32,000 bases of DNA from Mycolicibacterium smegmatis. GTDB taxonomy: Bacteria > Actinomycetota > Actinomycetes > Mycobacteriales > Mycobacteriaceae. Under the pieces are notes generated by a model, which was not told the origin of the DNA, made no database searches, and saw only the letters and a list, made by a program, of their open reading frames with translations. This document shows positions 19,073-28,063 of this stretch, piece by piece; positions within the stretch are counted from its first letter, which is position 1; each line of letters starts with the position of its first letter. The position numbers and the translations under genes are program-made. The stretch is from contig NZ_LN831039.1 of NCBI RefSeq assembly GCF_001457595.1, positions 1,320,001 through 1,352,000 of the forward strand, given 5' to 3'.

Positions 19073-19280
19073 TCATCGGGCCGGTCGGGCCGACCAGCGC
19101 CACAACAATAGCCGACCGATGCGCCCTACTGCTGACCAGACCGTGCGGGAGGCCCACAACCGCAGCTGCTATGCCCTACATCGCGAGAAGATCACCGCTG
19201 CCGCGATTCGCCGGACCTCGCATTTGACGGTGTTTCCTGGACTGACACGCCGAGCGATGCTCGGCGGTAAAGGGGCCGTG

Positions 19281-19671
19281 ATGACGACACTGGAAGATGT
19301 GACCAAGAAGAAGGCCGAGTAGTCCGCCGAGCAGCAGGCTGCGTCGAGCGGGTCCGACTGGCACGAGAACAGGGCCTGTCGCTGACCGGACCCGACGGGC
19401 TGCAAGCAGTTAACCAAGACAGTCCTTGAGACCGCGCTCAATGAGGAGATGACCGAGCACCTCGGTTATGAGAAGCCGACCCGCCCAGGGCGGGGTCGGG
19501 CAACGTTCGCGACGGCACCCACACCACGCCGTACTTACCGTCACCACCGGCTCGGTCGAACTCGGCGTGTCAGACCAAGATCAGATCCACCGTTGTTCAG
19601 ACACTCCCAGGGGCATCCACGTTCGAGCCCCAGATCGTCAAGAAACGCCAGCACCAACTGTCCGGGGTTGA
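19281..19671 (+). pseudogene. decayed, truncated IS256-family (mutator-type) transposase N-terminal fragment
   Basis: MTTLEDVTKKKAE(stop)SAEQQA... / QLTKTVLETALNEEMTEHLGYEKPTRP... / TFEPQIVKKRQHQLSGVE: successive blocks of IS256-family N-terminus separated by an in-frame TAG and frameshifts, ending abruptly at about 19671. Confidence 0.85.
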
Positions 19672-19699
19672 GGGACTGTCGCGCTAACGCGATAGTCCC
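19672..19699. repeat. 12-bp inverted repeat with 4-nt loop at the 3' end of the recombinase module
   Basis: GGGACTGTCGCG (19672-19683) / ctaa / CGCGATAGTCCC (19688-19699), 11 of 12 pairs; overlaps the TAG stop of the DUF6262-like gene. Confidence 0.7.
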
Positions 19700-20100
19700 G
19701 GGTGGCGTCGCGGCATCGGGACAACGACATGCGTGGCTTCGGCTCCTTGGTGAGTGAGTTCCGCGATCGCTGCCGACAGTGTCCGGATCTTGGCACGTAG
19801 TTCTGTGTTTTCGGCGGCGAGTTGGTGATTGTGCTCGCGTGCCTGGGCGAGTTGACGTAGCAGGGCAAGGGCATTCGTGGCAACAGGTCCGGTTGCGGCG
19901 GCGGCTTTGAACTCGTTGAGCAGGTCGGCGTGGTGTTCGTAGAGTCGTTGTCGGGGTATCCCTGATTCGCTGGCCAACGCGACAACGGTGTGGGCGCCGT
20001 TGCCGTGTTGGGCGGTGTTGTCCCGGATTCGGCTCATCGCGGCCAGTACGAGCTGGCGCTCGTCATCGGTTCTGGTGGTGCGCGGCGGCGGCACGGTCAT
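19684..20100 (-). CDS. DUF6262/TnpC-like coiled-coil protein associated with tyrosine-recombinase elements
   Basis: MTVPPPRTTRTDDERQLVLAAMSRIRDNTAQHGNGAHTVVALASESGIPRQRLYEHHADLLNEFKAAAATG...LRQLAQAREHNHQLAAENTELRAKIRTLSAAIAELT; helical, downstream of and overlapping a recombinase gene. Confidence 0.75.
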   Translation of the reverse strand: MTVPPPRTTRTDDERQLVLAAMSRIRDNTAQHGNGAHTVVALASESGIPRQRLYEHHADLLNEFKAAAATGPVATNALALLRQLAQAREHNHQLAAENTELRAKIRTLSAAIAELTHQGAEATHVVVPMPRRHPGLSR

Positions 20101-22237
20101 GTTGCTGGTGTCCTGTCCGGGTGGGTGTTGCTGGTCGGCTGGATTCGTGTGCGTCGAGTGCCTTTTCGTGCTCGGTGAGCCGTGCACGGATGCGTTGTCG
20201 TAGCGGTTCGGGCAGGGTCAGGCTGTTGAGGTCGTGTGTGAGCGTGTCGGCATGGGCGCGCAGGTTCGCGACGTCGCGATCGGTGCGGGCGGCGTTGGTG
20301 CAGTCGAGACGGCAGCGGCTCCAGACGGGTCCGGTCACGTCGTCGGTGTGTGGCAGGCACGCTGCAGTGGCGGGGCGAAATACACAGCTGACCAGCGCGC
20401 CGTGGTGGATCTGCAGATCCGGGTTGGCCATCGCGGTGTTGACCTGGCTGGTGGTGGTGACGGTTAGGCCGGCGAAAGTGTTCGCGCGGCCGACGCGGGC
20501 CTTGTATTCGTCGGCTGCGGGGCCGGAGACGTGTTCGCCGCGCTTGAGTCGGTGGGCGTCATCGTGGAGGGTTTCGGCGCGGTGCAGGAACTGTTCGAAG
20601 GTGATCTCGTCGAGAAATCCTGCGTCTGCTCCGCCAGCGTAACCTTGGATGATCTGTGTGTGCAGGTGACCGTATTGCGTTGCGCCGGCGATGGTTCCGC
20701 CGGGTCGGCGGACGATGTGCCAGGCCAGTGTGCGCCGCAAGCGCGGCACCTGAATGGCGCCCTGCGGGTCGTCGGGAATCAGCGGGTGATCGACGGCGGG
20801 GGCGACGGCGCGGTTGAACCAATCGATGAAACGGGTGATGTCGGTGTTGATCGACCCGGGTGTCCTCGTCCGGTGGGATCCGTAGAGGAACTGTTCCTGA
20901 GAGCACCACTGGAATCCGGGGAAGAGCAGATCGCCGCCGGTGATCTGTTCGAGAACACTGACCGCGTGGGCGGTTTCCTCGGTTACCACCCACGGGATCG
21001 TGGCCGGTGATCGGTCCCCACGCCGCTCACCTGTCTTGAGCTGGTGGCCGGACATGAACGTCAAACCCAGCTGCGGGTCTCGGGTGATGCATCCGCGACG
21101 CAGGTTGAGGGCTTCCCCGGTCCGGACACCGGACAGGTAGGCGATCACCAGAAAGCAAGCGGTGGTGATGTAGCGAAGGTGTTCGACGATTTCTGGGGCC
21201 TCGATAGGGCTGTGCCGCCATCGGCGCGTGCCGATCGTGCTGAACGTGGTCGTGCGGACCATGTCTGCCTCGATAGGCAGTGCGTGGGCGGCCAGCATGC
21301 TCGCCGTGTCGTTCATGCGTGTGAGTTCGGTGTGGTTGAGCCATCCCGCCACCGCCAGGCCCGTGAGATCGACCGAGGTGCTCTCGCCGGTGCTGACACC
21401 CGGAAGCGGGTCGCCGCGGTGGGCCAGGGCGGTCAGCAGACTGTCGAGCTGTGCGGTGGTGGTGTCGTGCAGCGACACCGTGCTGGTGCGAGCGCGGCGG
21501 ATATCCGGTGCGATGCGATGCGCCAACGCGCGCATCGCGAGGAGGTTGCGTGCGGCAGGAAGCAGATCGGCGGCGACAGTGGTGCTGACGGCCAGGGCCG
21601 CCGAGAGCAGTGGCTCCATGACATCGGGATCAATGCGAGCTGTGGTGTTCGGCTTACCCCAGGAGGACTCGTACTGAGCGAGTCCTCGCGCGCTGGCCCT
21701 GCCCCACAGTGTGGCGGCCGGAAGCCGACATTGCGTTGGAAGGACGTCCCGGTACAGGTGGAGCCGCTTGACTGCCTGCAGCGATCGGCGTTGAGTGCCG
21801 GCGCTGACCCCGGGTGCGTCGGTGACGTGGAGCAGATAGCTGTCGAGGTGGTCGATGCTGACGTGACTGAAGGAAAGTACCTCCCGCTCTACGAGCCACC
21901 TGGTGAACCGACGCAGCGGCACCAATTCACCCAGAATCGTCTTGACATGCGGGTACGGCGAACGCGACGCATCCAGACGGGGCGCGTTGTCAACGATGTT
22001 GAGCAAAGCGAACAGGTAGAGCTTGCAGGCCTGGCGAAACGGCTCCGGAAATCGACCCCAATGCACAGCTTGTCCGGCGCTGTGGCGGTCCTGGATGGCC
22101 GCGGACAGATCCCATACCGGGTCGCCGAATCGGCACCTGGTTGCAGGGATGAACAGCGGGCGGTTGAGTAGCACCTCGGTGTCCGGGGTGAGGTGGACAC
22201 CGGCCACCGTGTCGGGAATTCTGGCCGCTCGCGTCAC
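20063..22237 (-). CDS. tyrosine recombinase/integrase (724 aa, third gene of module)
   Basis: AYLSGVRTGEALNLRRGCI (Arg I box), VPRLRRTLAWHIVRR, ATQYGHLHTQIIQGY; GTG start shares GTGA with the upstream gene's stop. Confidence 0.82.
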   Translation of the reverse strand: MTRAARIPDTVAGVHLTPDTEVLLNRPLFIPATRCRFGDPVWDLSAAIQDRHSAGQAVHWGRFPEPFRQACKLYLFALLNIVDNAPRLDASRSPYPHVKTILGELVPLRRFTRWLVEREVLSFSHVSIDHLDSYLLHVTDAPGVSAGTQRRSLQAVKRLHLYRDVLPTQCRLPAATLWGRASARGLAQYESSWGKPNTTARIDPDVMEPLLSAALAVSTTVAADLLPAARNLLAMRALAHRIAPDIRRARTSTVSLHDTTTAQLDSLLTALAHRGDPLPGVSTGESTSVDLTGLAVAGWLNHTELTRMNDTASMLAAHALPIEADMVRTTTFSTIGTRRWRHSPIEAPEIVEHLRYITTACFLVIAYLSGVRTGEALNLRRGCITRDPQLGLTFMSGHQLKTGERRGDRSPATIPWVVTEETAHAVSVLEQITGGDLLFPGFQWCSQEQFLYGSHRTRTPGSINTDITRFIDWFNRAVAPAVDHPLIPDDPQGAIQVPRLRRTLAWHIVRRPGGTIAGATQYGHLHTQIIQGYAGGADAGFLDEITFEQFLHRAETLHDDAHRLKRGEHVSGPAADEYKARVGRANTFAGLTVTTTSQVNTAMANPDLQIHHGALVSCVFRPATAACLPHTDDVTGPVWSRCRLDCTNAARTDRDVANLRAHADTLTHDLNSLTLPEPLRQRIRARLTEHEKALDAHESSRPATPTRTGHQQHDRAAAAHHQNR

Positions 22238-24018
22238 GGTGCTTCCAAGTTTCCCGACAGCAACAGCGTTGCGGTGCGGTGATCGCGCTGAGCGATCTGG
22301 CCGCGCGCCGCATCCAGCTGGGCCGGTTCGTACTCGGCGAAGATGTCCTCCAGCTGCGCCAGTGGACCGGCATACTCGGTGATCCACTGCGCGATCGGCA
22401 TCTCGGTGCGCAGGTCACGAAGCCGGTCGGCGACTACCAGCTGAATGGGCAGGTGCCGCGGAAACGCGCGGGCGTTGCTGCAGTCCAGACATGCCAGAAA
22501 CGACGCGCGGCAGCGTCTTCCGTCGACCGGGGAATGCTCGAAATCAGCACAGCTCCCCAAAACGGCATCCTGGCCAGAACCGTTGTCCTCGATGCTGGAA
22601 TGTACGGTCATCGAGCGGCGGTACAATGCTTGGGCGACCTGGGCATTGAGCGCCTCGGCCACGATGTGAAACCCCTCGGTGCGCACCGAATCCATCCGGC
22701 CCAGATAGCCCGCTAACGTCGCTGGCGTGTGCGCTGTCGGCATACGGACCCGTTCCAGATACGTTTTACGTAACCGGTCCATGCTGATCCCCATCAGCAG
22801 CTGATCACCTTCGGTATCCCCGGTCAGCCACGGCGCCATCCACCGTCGCCGTGCGTCGACACCACTGGCGGTGCTGCTGATGCCGTAGCCGAAGCGTTTG
22901 CCTTCCACCGCGTCGGGCTGGGCGCTGTAATAGACAAAAGCCTGCCGGCTACCGGTCAGCGCGCGAGCCGGCTCGGTCAGCTCCAGCAACAACATGAACA
23001 CCCCGTACGCCGTCGTGAGCGACGTATTGAGCACCGCGGCGCGCTGATGGTCGCCCCCGAGTGGCCGAAGCTCTGGGCGCAGCGCTGTCACCGGCACCGT
23101 CATCACCGATCGCCGGCCGCGGCGGGCTTTGTCAGCGTGGACGAAGACGATGCCGGGTTCGTCCGGGCTGCTCGCGGATCGGTGTGGGGCCGGCAGTGCG
23201 TCCAGCGTCGAGAGGTTTAGGCCGGTCAGCCCGGCCAGCAGCACACCGAACGCCCACGCCTCACCCGGTGTCACATGCAGCAACGGCAACAACCGACACC
23301 CGCCGGCAGACCTGACCGCCCGGCGTGTCACGTACGCCCTGGCACCCGACGCGGTGCGCGGAAAGTCACCTTCCCGGGCGCAGTGATCGAGCACTTCGGC
23401 CAGACTGCGACGCGGATCGGCTGTGGGGAGATGATCGAACCGACCGCCGCGAAAATCGGCAACCATCTCCCAATGCATCCGCAGCCGACTTCGCGCCCGC
23501 CGAACGATTGCCCGCGCCACCACATTGATCCGGCGAAACTCGTCAGCCGAATATGGTTGTCGCGCTGAAAGATTCCTTTTATGGCGCACCCGCGCGAATC
23601 CATGACAGACCTGCTCGGAGACGACAGGACTGCACCGCAGCAACGTCTTGAGCGCCGGCGCGGGACCCGGTCCACTGGGCACTCGACAGGACATGGCCAG
23701 CAACCCGGCATCAGCGACAGACAGCGCGGCCAGTCCCTCGATCCCCGGGCGGTTCTCGTCCAGCCAACAGCACGCGTGCCGGGCGGCCTGCCACAACGCA
23801 CCAGCGCCCCGCACCCGCTTGGACACTCCCAACACCCCGGTAGCTTCCTCGAACGCGACCGCAAAATCGTGACACACGCCGCCGTTACCCGGGAGGCGAC
23901 CGAAATCGAAATCCTTCCAAACCCCTCCGTCCTCGCTGACAAACCTCACGATCAGACCGCGGCGCCGCGATACGGGACGCCACGCTGGATCCGGCTGCGC
24001 CGCAGGTCGACCCGTCAC
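22234..24018 (-). CDS. tyrosine-recombinase-like protein, divergent/possibly non-catalytic (594 aa, second gene of module)
   Basis: Position in module, GLTGLNLSTLDAL at the expected box I location, SMDRLRKTYLER...LAGYLGRMD, Cys-rich C-terminus; GTG start overlaps the upstream gene's stop (GTGA). Confidence 0.7.
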   Translation of the reverse strand: MTGRPAAQPDPAWRPVSRRRGLIVRFVSEDGGVWKDFDFGRLPGNGGVCHDFAVAFEEATGVLGVSKRVRGAGALWQAARHACCWLDENRPGIEGLAALSVADAGLLAMSCRVPSGPGPAPALKTLLRCSPVVSEQVCHGFARVRHKRNLSARQPYSADEFRRINVVARAIVRRARSRLRMHWEMVADFRGGRFDHLPTADPRRSLAEVLDHCAREGDFPRTASGARAYVTRRAVRSAGGCRLLPLLHVTPGEAWAFGVLLAGLTGLNLSTLDALPAPHRSASSPDEPGIVFVHADKARRGRRSVMTVPVTALRPELRPLGGDHQRAAVLNTSLTTAYGVFMLLLELTEPARALTGSRQAFVYYSAQPDAVEGKRFGYGISSTASGVDARRRWMAPWLTGDTEGDQLLMGISMDRLRKTYLERVRMPTAHTPATLAGYLGRMDSVRTEGFHIVAEALNAQVAQALYRRSMTVHSSIEDNGSGQDAVLGSCADFEHSPVDGRRCRASFLACLDCSNARAFPRHLPIQLVVADRLRDLRTEMPIAQWITEYAGPLAQLEDIFAEYEPAQLDAARGQIAQRDHRTATLLLSGNLEAP

Positions 24019-25523
24019 CGATGCCCTGTCAACACACGCGGCTCACCAACGCCGACCGTGGCAACGAGACGCTCCAGGGATTGCCGATCATCGGCATCCA
24101 TCAATGCGACAAGTTCCTCGACCTGCAATGCTTGAAAGGGCTCCAGATACACATTCCGGGTCACCTCAGCGCTGCGATGCCCCAACAAGGTGGCCAGCAG
24201 GAACCACACATCGCCGAGCTGATTGCGGAAGTCTCGCTGCTCCTGTGCGGTCAACATGCCGGTGCGGCGCCACGCCACGAACGTCGCGATGCAGTACCAG
24301 CGCAGCGCGAAGGAATGCCTCAACATGTGGGGACGACACCACAGCGGAGCACCGTGCTCGTGCGTCAATGCCCCTGCGACTCTCGCGTTCGCCCTGTCAA
24401 AAGTCTTGTACCACGCGTGCTTCGGGCGGGGCGTCCCGTCATGGTTGAGCCACAACCACATCGGCTCCAATCCACCACGCACCCGGCGAAACATCTTCAT
24501 CCGCAACAGCGGATCGAGCGCATCCAAACTCACCACGCGCCGCGAACCCTCTTCATCGACAACGTCCAATCGTCTGTCGCTGCGAACCCGTTCAACGATC
24601 CAGCTATCCACCACCTGCTCGTAGCGACCCGCCGCCTGCGCACGGGCGACGGTCGCAATACGACTGCCCTCGTGCAGATAGAAATCAACCTGTTGAGAGA
24701 CGCGGTGTCGCATCCAGAAGGTTCGTCCGCTACCACCTTTGGCGCAGGCGGACGCAACACGCGAACGCGTCAGGCCCTCCGAGCCCGGTGTCGGCACCTC
24801 GCTCGTCAACACACTGGACCACTCACCGATGCGCAAACCGGTCCCGAACAAGCCGTCGACGAATGCGGTATCACGATCCTCGGTCGATCCCCGCCAATCA
24901 GGGTGCGGCATACCAGCCCCGGTGAAGCCACGCAAACCTAGGTTGCGCCACAGTCGAAATGCTTGTGGAGTAAGCCATTTCACGTCTGACCTGCGCATCC
25001 CCGACGGGGTGCTCTCCAAAGTCACACGCTGCCCACCCGCCCATGACGTGGCTATCGCCCGTGCTCGAACCGGGTTCTCAACTCCCTGATGCTCGGCCGC
25101 CCACAAATAGAACCCGCGGATCGCCGACCGATCAACGCAGAAGCTGGCAGCACTCACACACTGGGGATTCTCCCGCGCCGACAGTCGCCACTCCTTGAAC
25201 GCAGCGAACTCCGATCGCGACGCGTGGTCCCACCGAACATCCACCGCGTGCAAGAAATCCAGCCAGACCTTCAACGACAAGGCGTACCGGCGCACCGTCG
25301 CCGTTGCTCGCCGTCTTAACACCGGATCGCGCCAATAGGCGTTCACCACAGCATCCGCACGGCCCCACGGATCAAGAAAGAACGGTGTGCCATCACGCGC
25401 ACCATTGCGCTTCGCCCAGTCCGCAATGTCACCCAACCCGGGCACCACATCGTCCACCGAGACGAAACGGCGCTGGAAGTCATAGAAGTGCAGAGACCAA
25501 CCGGCAGCAGATTCACCAGCCAT
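24015..25523 (-). CDS. tyrosine recombinase/integrase (502 aa, first gene of module)
   Basis: FVDGLFGTGLRIGEWSS (Arg I), RPHMLRHSFALRW (HxxR), LATLLGHRSAEVTRNVYLEP (GH...Y). Confidence 0.93.
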   Translation of the reverse strand: MAGESAAGWSLHFYDFQRRFVSVDDVVPGLGDIADWAKRNGARDGTPFFLDPWGRADAVVNAYWRDPVLRRRATATVRRYALSLKVWLDFLHAVDVRWDHASRSEFAAFKEWRLSARENPQCVSAASFCVDRSAIRGFYLWAAEHQGVENPVRARAIATSWAGGQRVTLESTPSGMRRSDVKWLTPQAFRLWRNLGLRGFTGAGMPHPDWRGSTEDRDTAFVDGLFGTGLRIGEWSSVLTSEVPTPGSEGLTRSRVASACAKGGSGRTFWMRHRVSQQVDFYLHEGSRIATVARAQAAGRYEQVVDSWIVERVRSDRRLDVVDEEGSRRVVSLDALDPLLRMKMFRRVRGGLEPMWLWLNHDGTPRPKHAWYKTFDRANARVAGALTHEHGAPLWCRPHMLRHSFALRWYCIATFVAWRRTGMLTAQEQRDFRNQLGDVWFLLATLLGHRSAEVTRNVYLEPFQALQVEELVALMDADDRQSLERLVATVGVGEPRVLTGHR

Positions 25524-25881
25524 TACGGATCCCTCTCACCGCGCGGGCAACGATCCCATCATTACCGATGCCACATCTTGAACGCCCTCGACACGCCCTG
25601 TCGGGCAGTGAACGGGGGTGTGAGACGAGGAAGGTTCGGAAGCCGTCAAGGTTGCGTGTTTCAATATGGCGCAAGAGATTTCGAAGTACGTCTCGCGCGA
25701 ACTTGCGCTGGGCGTCAGTGGATTCGGCCGGCGGTGACAAAGTGCTCTCCGTTCATTCCTTGTTCGTCGATCGCCCGGTTCAATGGATTCAGAGGAAGTG
25801 GCTGGCCTGAGCAACCTGGACTTCGGAACTCCACCGTGGAACAGCGCTCAGGATTTCTGGCATGGTCTGATCGACATAATC

Positions 25882-27322
25882 GGGCTCTTCGCAGTTGAGG
25901 GTGTAGAGGTCGTCGGCGCGTCGGTGCCGGGATAGGGGTCGAGGTCTTCCGATGATGGAGGTTCCTACGCCATCCATCTGAAAGACCTCGACGTGCCTGA
26001 CGCTACCGGTCGGGCGGGCTTCGCCTGCGCTGACCTGACGACTTTCTGCCGCCTCGACGAGCTCGGGTTGGAGGTGACCGGCCAACGCCTCGACCCTGAT
26101 CGGGCCGTGCTGGCGTGCCGGGTCGCCGATGAGGATCGGTGGTGCCGCCGCTGCGGCGAAGAAGGCGTTGTACGTGACAGCGTGACTCGCACGTTGGCTC
26201 ATGAACCGTTCGGGTGGCGACCCACGGCTTTGCTGGTCACGATCCGCCGTTACCGTTGCGCCGGCTGCGCTCATGTGTGGCGCCAGGATGCCAGCGCCGC
26301 AGCCGAACCGCGGGCCAGGCTGTCCCGGCGTGCTCTGCGGTGGGCGCTGGAAGCCCTTGTCTGCCAACACCTGTCGGTGGCCCGGGTCGCCGAGGCGCTT
26401 GCGGTGTCGTGGAACACTGCCAACAACGCCGTGCTCGCCGAAGGTCAGCGGGTGCTCATCGCCGATCCGGCCCGGTTCGATGGCGTCGCGGTGATCGGCG
26501 TCGATGAGCACGTGTGGCGGCACACTCGCCGCGGCGACAAGTACGTCACCGTCATCATCGATCTCACGCCCGTGCGTGACGGGACCGGCCCCGCACGGCT
26601 GCTCGACATGGTGGAGGGCCGCTCCAAGAAGGCGTTCGCCGACTGGCTGGCACAGCGGCCACAGGAGTGGCGTGATCGTGTGGACGTTGTTGCCATGGAC
26701 GGGTTCTCCGGGTTCAAGACCGCCGCCACCGAAGAACTGCCTGACGCGGCCACGGTGATGGACCCCTTCCACGTGGTCCGCCTGGCCGGCAACGCCCTCG
26801 ACGAGTGCCGACGCCGCGTGCAGCTGGCCACCTGCGGGCACCGCGGCCGCAGCACCGACCCGCTCTACCGATCGCGACGCACCCTGCACACCGGGGCCGA
26901 CCTGCTCACCGACCGCCAGAAAGCCCGACTGGCCGCACTGTTCGCCGCCAACGCGCACGCCGAGATCGAGGCCACCTGGGCGATGTATCAACGCACCGTG
27001 GCCGCCTACCGCGAACCAGACCGCACCAAGGGCCGCACCATGATGGCTGCACTGATCACCACGCTGAGCACAGGCGTCCCCACGTCGCTGACCGAGCTGA
27101 TCACCCTCGGGCGGACACTGAAGAAGCGTGCCGCCGACGTCCTGGCCTACTTCGACCGCCCCGGCACCTCCAACGGGCCGACCGAAGCGATCAACGGCCG
27201 CCTCGAACACCTGCGCGGATCCGCCCTGGGCTTCCGCAACCTCACCAACTACATCGCCCGGTCCCTGCTCGAGACCGGAGGCTTCCGAACCCAGCTCCGT
27301 CAACCTCGGCGGTGAAGAATCC
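25882..27322 (+). mobile_element. ISL3-family insertion sequence
   Basis: Transposase CDS flanked by imperfect terminal inverted repeats GGGCTCTTCGCAGTTGAGG (25882-25900) and, inverted, GGATTCTTCACCGCCGAGG (27322-27304), 13 of 19 matching. Confidence 0.8.
25993..27315 (+). CDS. ISL3-family transposase
   Basis: CRRCGEEG...Zn-finger N-terminus, VIGVDEHVWRHTRRGDKYVTVIIDLTPVRDGTGPARLLDMVEGRSKKAF, VVAMDGFSGFKTAA...VMDPFHVVRLAGNALDECRRRVQ, TSNGPTEAINGRLEHLRGSALGFRN. Confidence 0.95.
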   Translation: MPDATGRAGFACADLTTFCRLDELGLEVTGQRLDPDRAVLACRVADEDRWCRRCGEEGVVRDSVTRTLAHEPFGWRPTALLVTIRRYRCAGCAHVWRQDASAAAEPRARLSRRALRWALEALVCQHLSVARVAEALAVSWNTANNAVLAEGQRVLIADPARFDGVAVIGVDEHVWRHTRRGDKYVTVIIDLTPVRDGTGPARLLDMVEGRSKKAFADWLAQRPQEWRDRVDVVAMDGFSGFKTAATEELPDAATVMDPFHVVRLAGNALDECRRRVQLATCGHRGRSTDPLYRSRRTLHTGADLLTDRQKARLAALFAANAHAEIEATWAMYQRTVAAYREPDRTKGRTMMAALITTLSTGVPTSLTELITLGRTLKKRAADVLAYFDRPGTSNGPTEAINGRLEHLRGSALGFRNLTNYIARSLLETGGFRTQLRQPRR

Positions 27323-28063
27323 TCAACGCGTGTTCAACGCGGCCAGAGCGTCATTGGTCTCGGCCACCGAGAAACGGTCGGGGTGCCAGCCCCGGGGCAG
27401 CCAGTCCCTCATCTCCTGCGCACCGAGTCCCATCGGCGTTTCCCGCGGGTCGTACCCGCCGCGAACCCACGCAGCCAACTCCTCATAGCCGCCCAGGCCA
27501 CCACAGTCCTCCGGCGGACAGGCCATCTTTCCCGTCAGACACACCGCAGCCGGGGGCGGATCATCGAAAACGTCTTCGACCACGAGCACGTGGTCCCATC
27601 CGTCGCCGAAGTCGTAATCGTAGAACAACCGCTCGCCCTTATCGGACACCACCTGATCGAGGCGCACGCTGTCCTCGACGACACCGTCGTCGCCTTCGCT
27701 GAGATCAAACCCGGTGACGAAGTAGGCACGGGTCCGCCGGTCCGCCCCGACACCGAACTTATGCAGATGACTGTCCTGCCAGCCCATAACGACCTGCAGC
27801 ACAACATGGAGCTCATCGAGCATGAGGTCGCCCGGCAGGTCCAGCCGACGCCAGATCGGCGGCTTGGCGTACATCAGGTCGACGCGCACCCGGAAGCCCC
27901 GCGCACGATCCGGCACCGCCCGCACCTCGGGCGTCGGCTCATCGAACATTCCCGCGAACACGTTCCGACCAGCGTCGGCCATTAGCTTCTGCAGCAACGC
28001 CAGGTCCACACTGCCCCCGGACACTCCGCTCTTCCTCTTGCTCTTCCGCTTCTTCTCCGGCAC
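27323..28063 (-). CDS. plasmid pRiA4b ORF-3 family protein
   Basis: RVRVDLMYAKPPIWRRLDLPGDLMLDELHVVLQVVMGWQDSHLHKFGV...LFYDYDFGDGWDHVLVVE...CPPEDCGGLGGYEEL. GTG start at 28063 preferred; TTG at 28075 possible. Confidence 0.9.
   Translation of the reverse strand: MPEKKRKSKRKSGVSGGSVDLALLQKLMADAGRNVFAGMFDEPTPEVRAVPDRARGFRVRVDLMYAKPPIWRRLDLPGDLMLDELHVVLQVVMGWQDSHLHKFGVGADRRTRAYFVTGFDLSEGDDGVVEDSVRLDQVVSDKGERLFYDYDFGDGWDHVLVVEDVFDDPPPAAVCLTGKMACPPEDCGGLGGYEELAAWVRGGYDPRETPMGLGAQEMRDWLPRGWHPDRFSVAETNDALAALNTR

Larger units (their letters stand above)
19672..25540 (-). mobile_element. Tn554/RIT-like element module: three overlapping tyrosine-recombinase-like genes plus DUF6262/TnpC-like gene (outer boundary near 25.5 kb unresolved)
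   Basis: Four consecutive overlapping same-strand genes; truncation of an IS256-family pseudogene exactly at the 3' side. Confidence 0.75.

Noticed and set aside
18849-19322. 157-aa + strand ORF MARSRCRVARRTGT...
   Set aside because: Runs antisense through the second riboswitch and reads into the IS256 remnant; only the last MTTLEDVTKKKAE part has recognisable homology.
21044-22171. 375-aa + strand ORF within the recombinase gene
   Set aside because: Antisense to the integrase with conserved boxes; no domain recognised.
24100-24450. Possible CRISPR or tandem repeat array in the accessory region
   Set aside because: No regularly spaced direct repeats were visible here or elsewhere in the window.
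25789-27303. 504-aa minus-strand ORF through the ISL3 element
   Set aside because: Mirror ORF of the ISL3 transposase.
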